From positions 1-40,910 of the forward strand of contig JBMFOP010000015.1 of assembly GCA_049969675.1 (NCBI GenBank): a stretch of 40,910 nt of DNA, read 5' to 3'. Both the position numbers and the translations under genes were made by a program. The notes beneath the pieces were generated by a model, which had not been told where the DNA came from, did no database searches, and saw nothing but the letters and a program-made list of their open reading frames with translations. This document shows, in pieces, positions 39,289 to 40,910 of the stretch (the first letter of the stretch is position 1; every line of letters starts with the position of its first letter). Origin of the DNA: Myxococcota bacterium (GTDB lineage Bacteria > Myxococcota > SpSt-1050).

Positions 39289-40647
39289 TTATCTATTCTC
39301 AATCAGTTCTTTTATTGTTTCAAAGACCCTTTTTGCGGTCTCAGGACCGAGCGACATTGATTTTTCATAATCATATAAAGGGTCATTAAAGTAGGATTCG
39401 GGAAGTATATATCCTATCTCATCCATCCCCAGATTTATCTTGAATTTGTATTCGGATGGAATAATCTTATTTATCTCAAAGCCGAGTTCCGGGAGAGATT
39501 CACCCGGAACCGTTACAAATATTGCCTCACCAATTCTCACATAGTGTATTTCGGTTGGCATCTTTTTATCTTTTATCTCCCTCTTCAGAACTCCGAGTTT
39601 GTGCGCAACTTCAAAGTCGGTATTCTCAACATTGAGTTCTATCTTCTTAAATCTATGCTCAATCACTACTGGCTCCTTTGCATTTACGGAGTTGCTCTCA
39701 AGCCCTTTCAATGCTGAGATGGCAAGGGCCTTGCCAACTATATCCTTAAATCTCCTCTTCTCGGACTGAGGTGCCCATTTGGAGATCTTAGGTACCACCA
39801 TACCACCAAGAGAACCCTGAGTAAAGAGAAGTATCCCATCCTGATTCTTCTCATAATAATTATACATCGCACCAGCTATATCCGCAGAGATTAGATGATT
39901 TTCCTCGTCAAGTGCCTCAATATGAATAGGATAATTTGCAAGTGTAAATATGCCCTTTCCATCTACCCCCTCCGAGAGCATCAGATACATTGTATTTTCT
40001 TTATATCCGTGCTTTCGTAGATTCTCCTGATAACCCTCAGGGACATCAATCTTTGCAAACTTCAGAGTTGCAGTTCTTACATTCTCTACTGCCTCAAATG
40101 CACATCTGGTTATCCTGTTCTTAAGCCAGTTATCATACTTCGGGTTCCTGCCATTTTTGACTGGAAATATTGAAAATGGTCCTGGGCCCCAGAGTCCCAA
40201 AGTATCAGGCCCCTCGTGGTTATGGACACTTGAGATGATTATCTTCTTGCTCAGATTCTCATCCTTTGAAATCATCTCTCTCACCTCTCTTATATCATCG
40301 TAGAAATAACCTATAAGGTCCAGAGAGATAAACAGGATTGATTCGCTCCCATTGCTCAGAAATGCACACCTTGCAGTTATTGGATCCATAACGCCGGTAC
40401 TCCTTCTCCCTGCATTATAGCCAGCCATATAGACCCATTTTTCTTGTGGAGGAGTTATATCTATCTTTGCAGCACCTGCCACAAGAATCTGTCTGTTCTG
40501 TAATAAAATTCTCCGTACTGCCCTATCATATCTGGTGCTCTCGCTATACTTTTCGGTCTCCATCCTTGGCTCAAATTTGAAATCCCATGGAATACAGGAG
40601 GTCTGGATAAAAATGATTGCTATAATGAGAATGTCTTTTCTTTGCAT
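39289..40647 (-). CDS. Neutral/alkaline ceramidase-like metallo-amidohydrolase lipoprotein
   Basis: ATG 40647 after GGAGG, probable lipobox QTSC. AGAAKIDITP..YMAGY, DP..AR, SLDL, HNHEGPD, NYPIH, ISAD and VPGE motifs. Confidence 0.75.
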   Translation of the reverse strand: MQRKDILIIAIIFIQTSCIPWDFKFEPRMETEKYSESTRYDRAVRRILLQNRQILVAGAAKIDITPPQEKWVYMAGYNAGRRSTGVMDPITARCAFLSNGSESILFISLDLIGYFYDDIREVREMISKDENLSKKIIISSVHNHEGPDTLGLWGPGPFSIFPVKNGRNPKYDNWLKNRITRCAFEAVENVRTATLKFAKIDVPEGYQENLRKHGYKENTMYLMLSEGVDGKGIFTLANYPIHIEALDEENHLISADIAGAMYNYYEKNQDGILLFTQGSLGGMVVPKISKWAPQSEKRRFKDIVGKALAISALKGLESNSVNAKEPVVIEHRFKKIELNVENTDFEVAHKLGVLKREIKDKKMPTEIHYVRIGEAIFVTVPGESLPELGFEINKIIPSEYKFKINLGMDEIGYILPESYFNDPLYDYEKSMSLGPETAKRVFETIKELIENR

Positions 40648-40795
40648 ATCTTCCTCCAAATGAAAATCTATACAATCTCTACTTTAAAGTAAATGAAAAA
40701 TAAAGTCACTTCTTCACCTAATCCGACATAGCCGAAACCAAAACACTTGAAAAATCTTCTGCACATTTTGCGTAGAAGTTACAACTTAAGAATCT

Positions 40796-40821
40796 AATTC
40801 AATTAATTATGGAATTGAATT
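40796..40821. promoter_or_regulatory. Perfect inverted repeat, candidate transcription-factor site
   Basis: AATTCAATT-N8-AATTGAATT in the AT-rich intergenic region upstream of the ceramidase-like gene. Confidence 0.35.
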
Positions 40822-40910
40822 TGACTCCAATGATGGCGTGGTGTCACATACTTACGTTATTAAACTGAAACTTATTCATATCTATATAGGATATTTGTTT
40901 CAGTCAACAG

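Overview
Gene-dense, fairly AT-rich bacterial chromosome segment read in code 11, with many AGA/AGG and ATA codons. Gene content points to a low-GC Myxococcota/deltaproteobacterial lineage: Cys-rich lipoproteins, a Cys-repeat Pal, a DUF6178-like protein and a myxobacterial-type metalloprotease lipoprotein. In order it holds a partial large lipoprotein missed by the ORF track, a probable beta-barrel gene, tRNA-Leu(TAA), a decayed IS4-type remnant, an orphan Wzc tyrosine kinase, an unannotated 35-aa very basic ORF, DUF6178-pal-cpoB, mutS and a Cys-rich lipoprotein. Next is a compact operon of GH3 adenylating enzyme, START/DUF2505 protein, two stand-alone E2-like acyltransferases and an Ldh_2 oxidoreductase, the best candidate for an undescribed acyl/amide-lipid pathway. 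A minus-strand run follows (OM protein, ssb, NarX/NarL-type two-component pair, AT-rich addAB, anion transporter), then a plus-strand run (degenerate BirA-like HTH protein, exported protein, GAF-GGDEF, MFS, RluA) and a final minus-strand run (ceramidase-like lipoprotein, CoA Nudix, manC, manB, ROK kinase). No CRISPR array, rRNA or intact mobile element was seen. All family calls come from motif recognition, not database searches.
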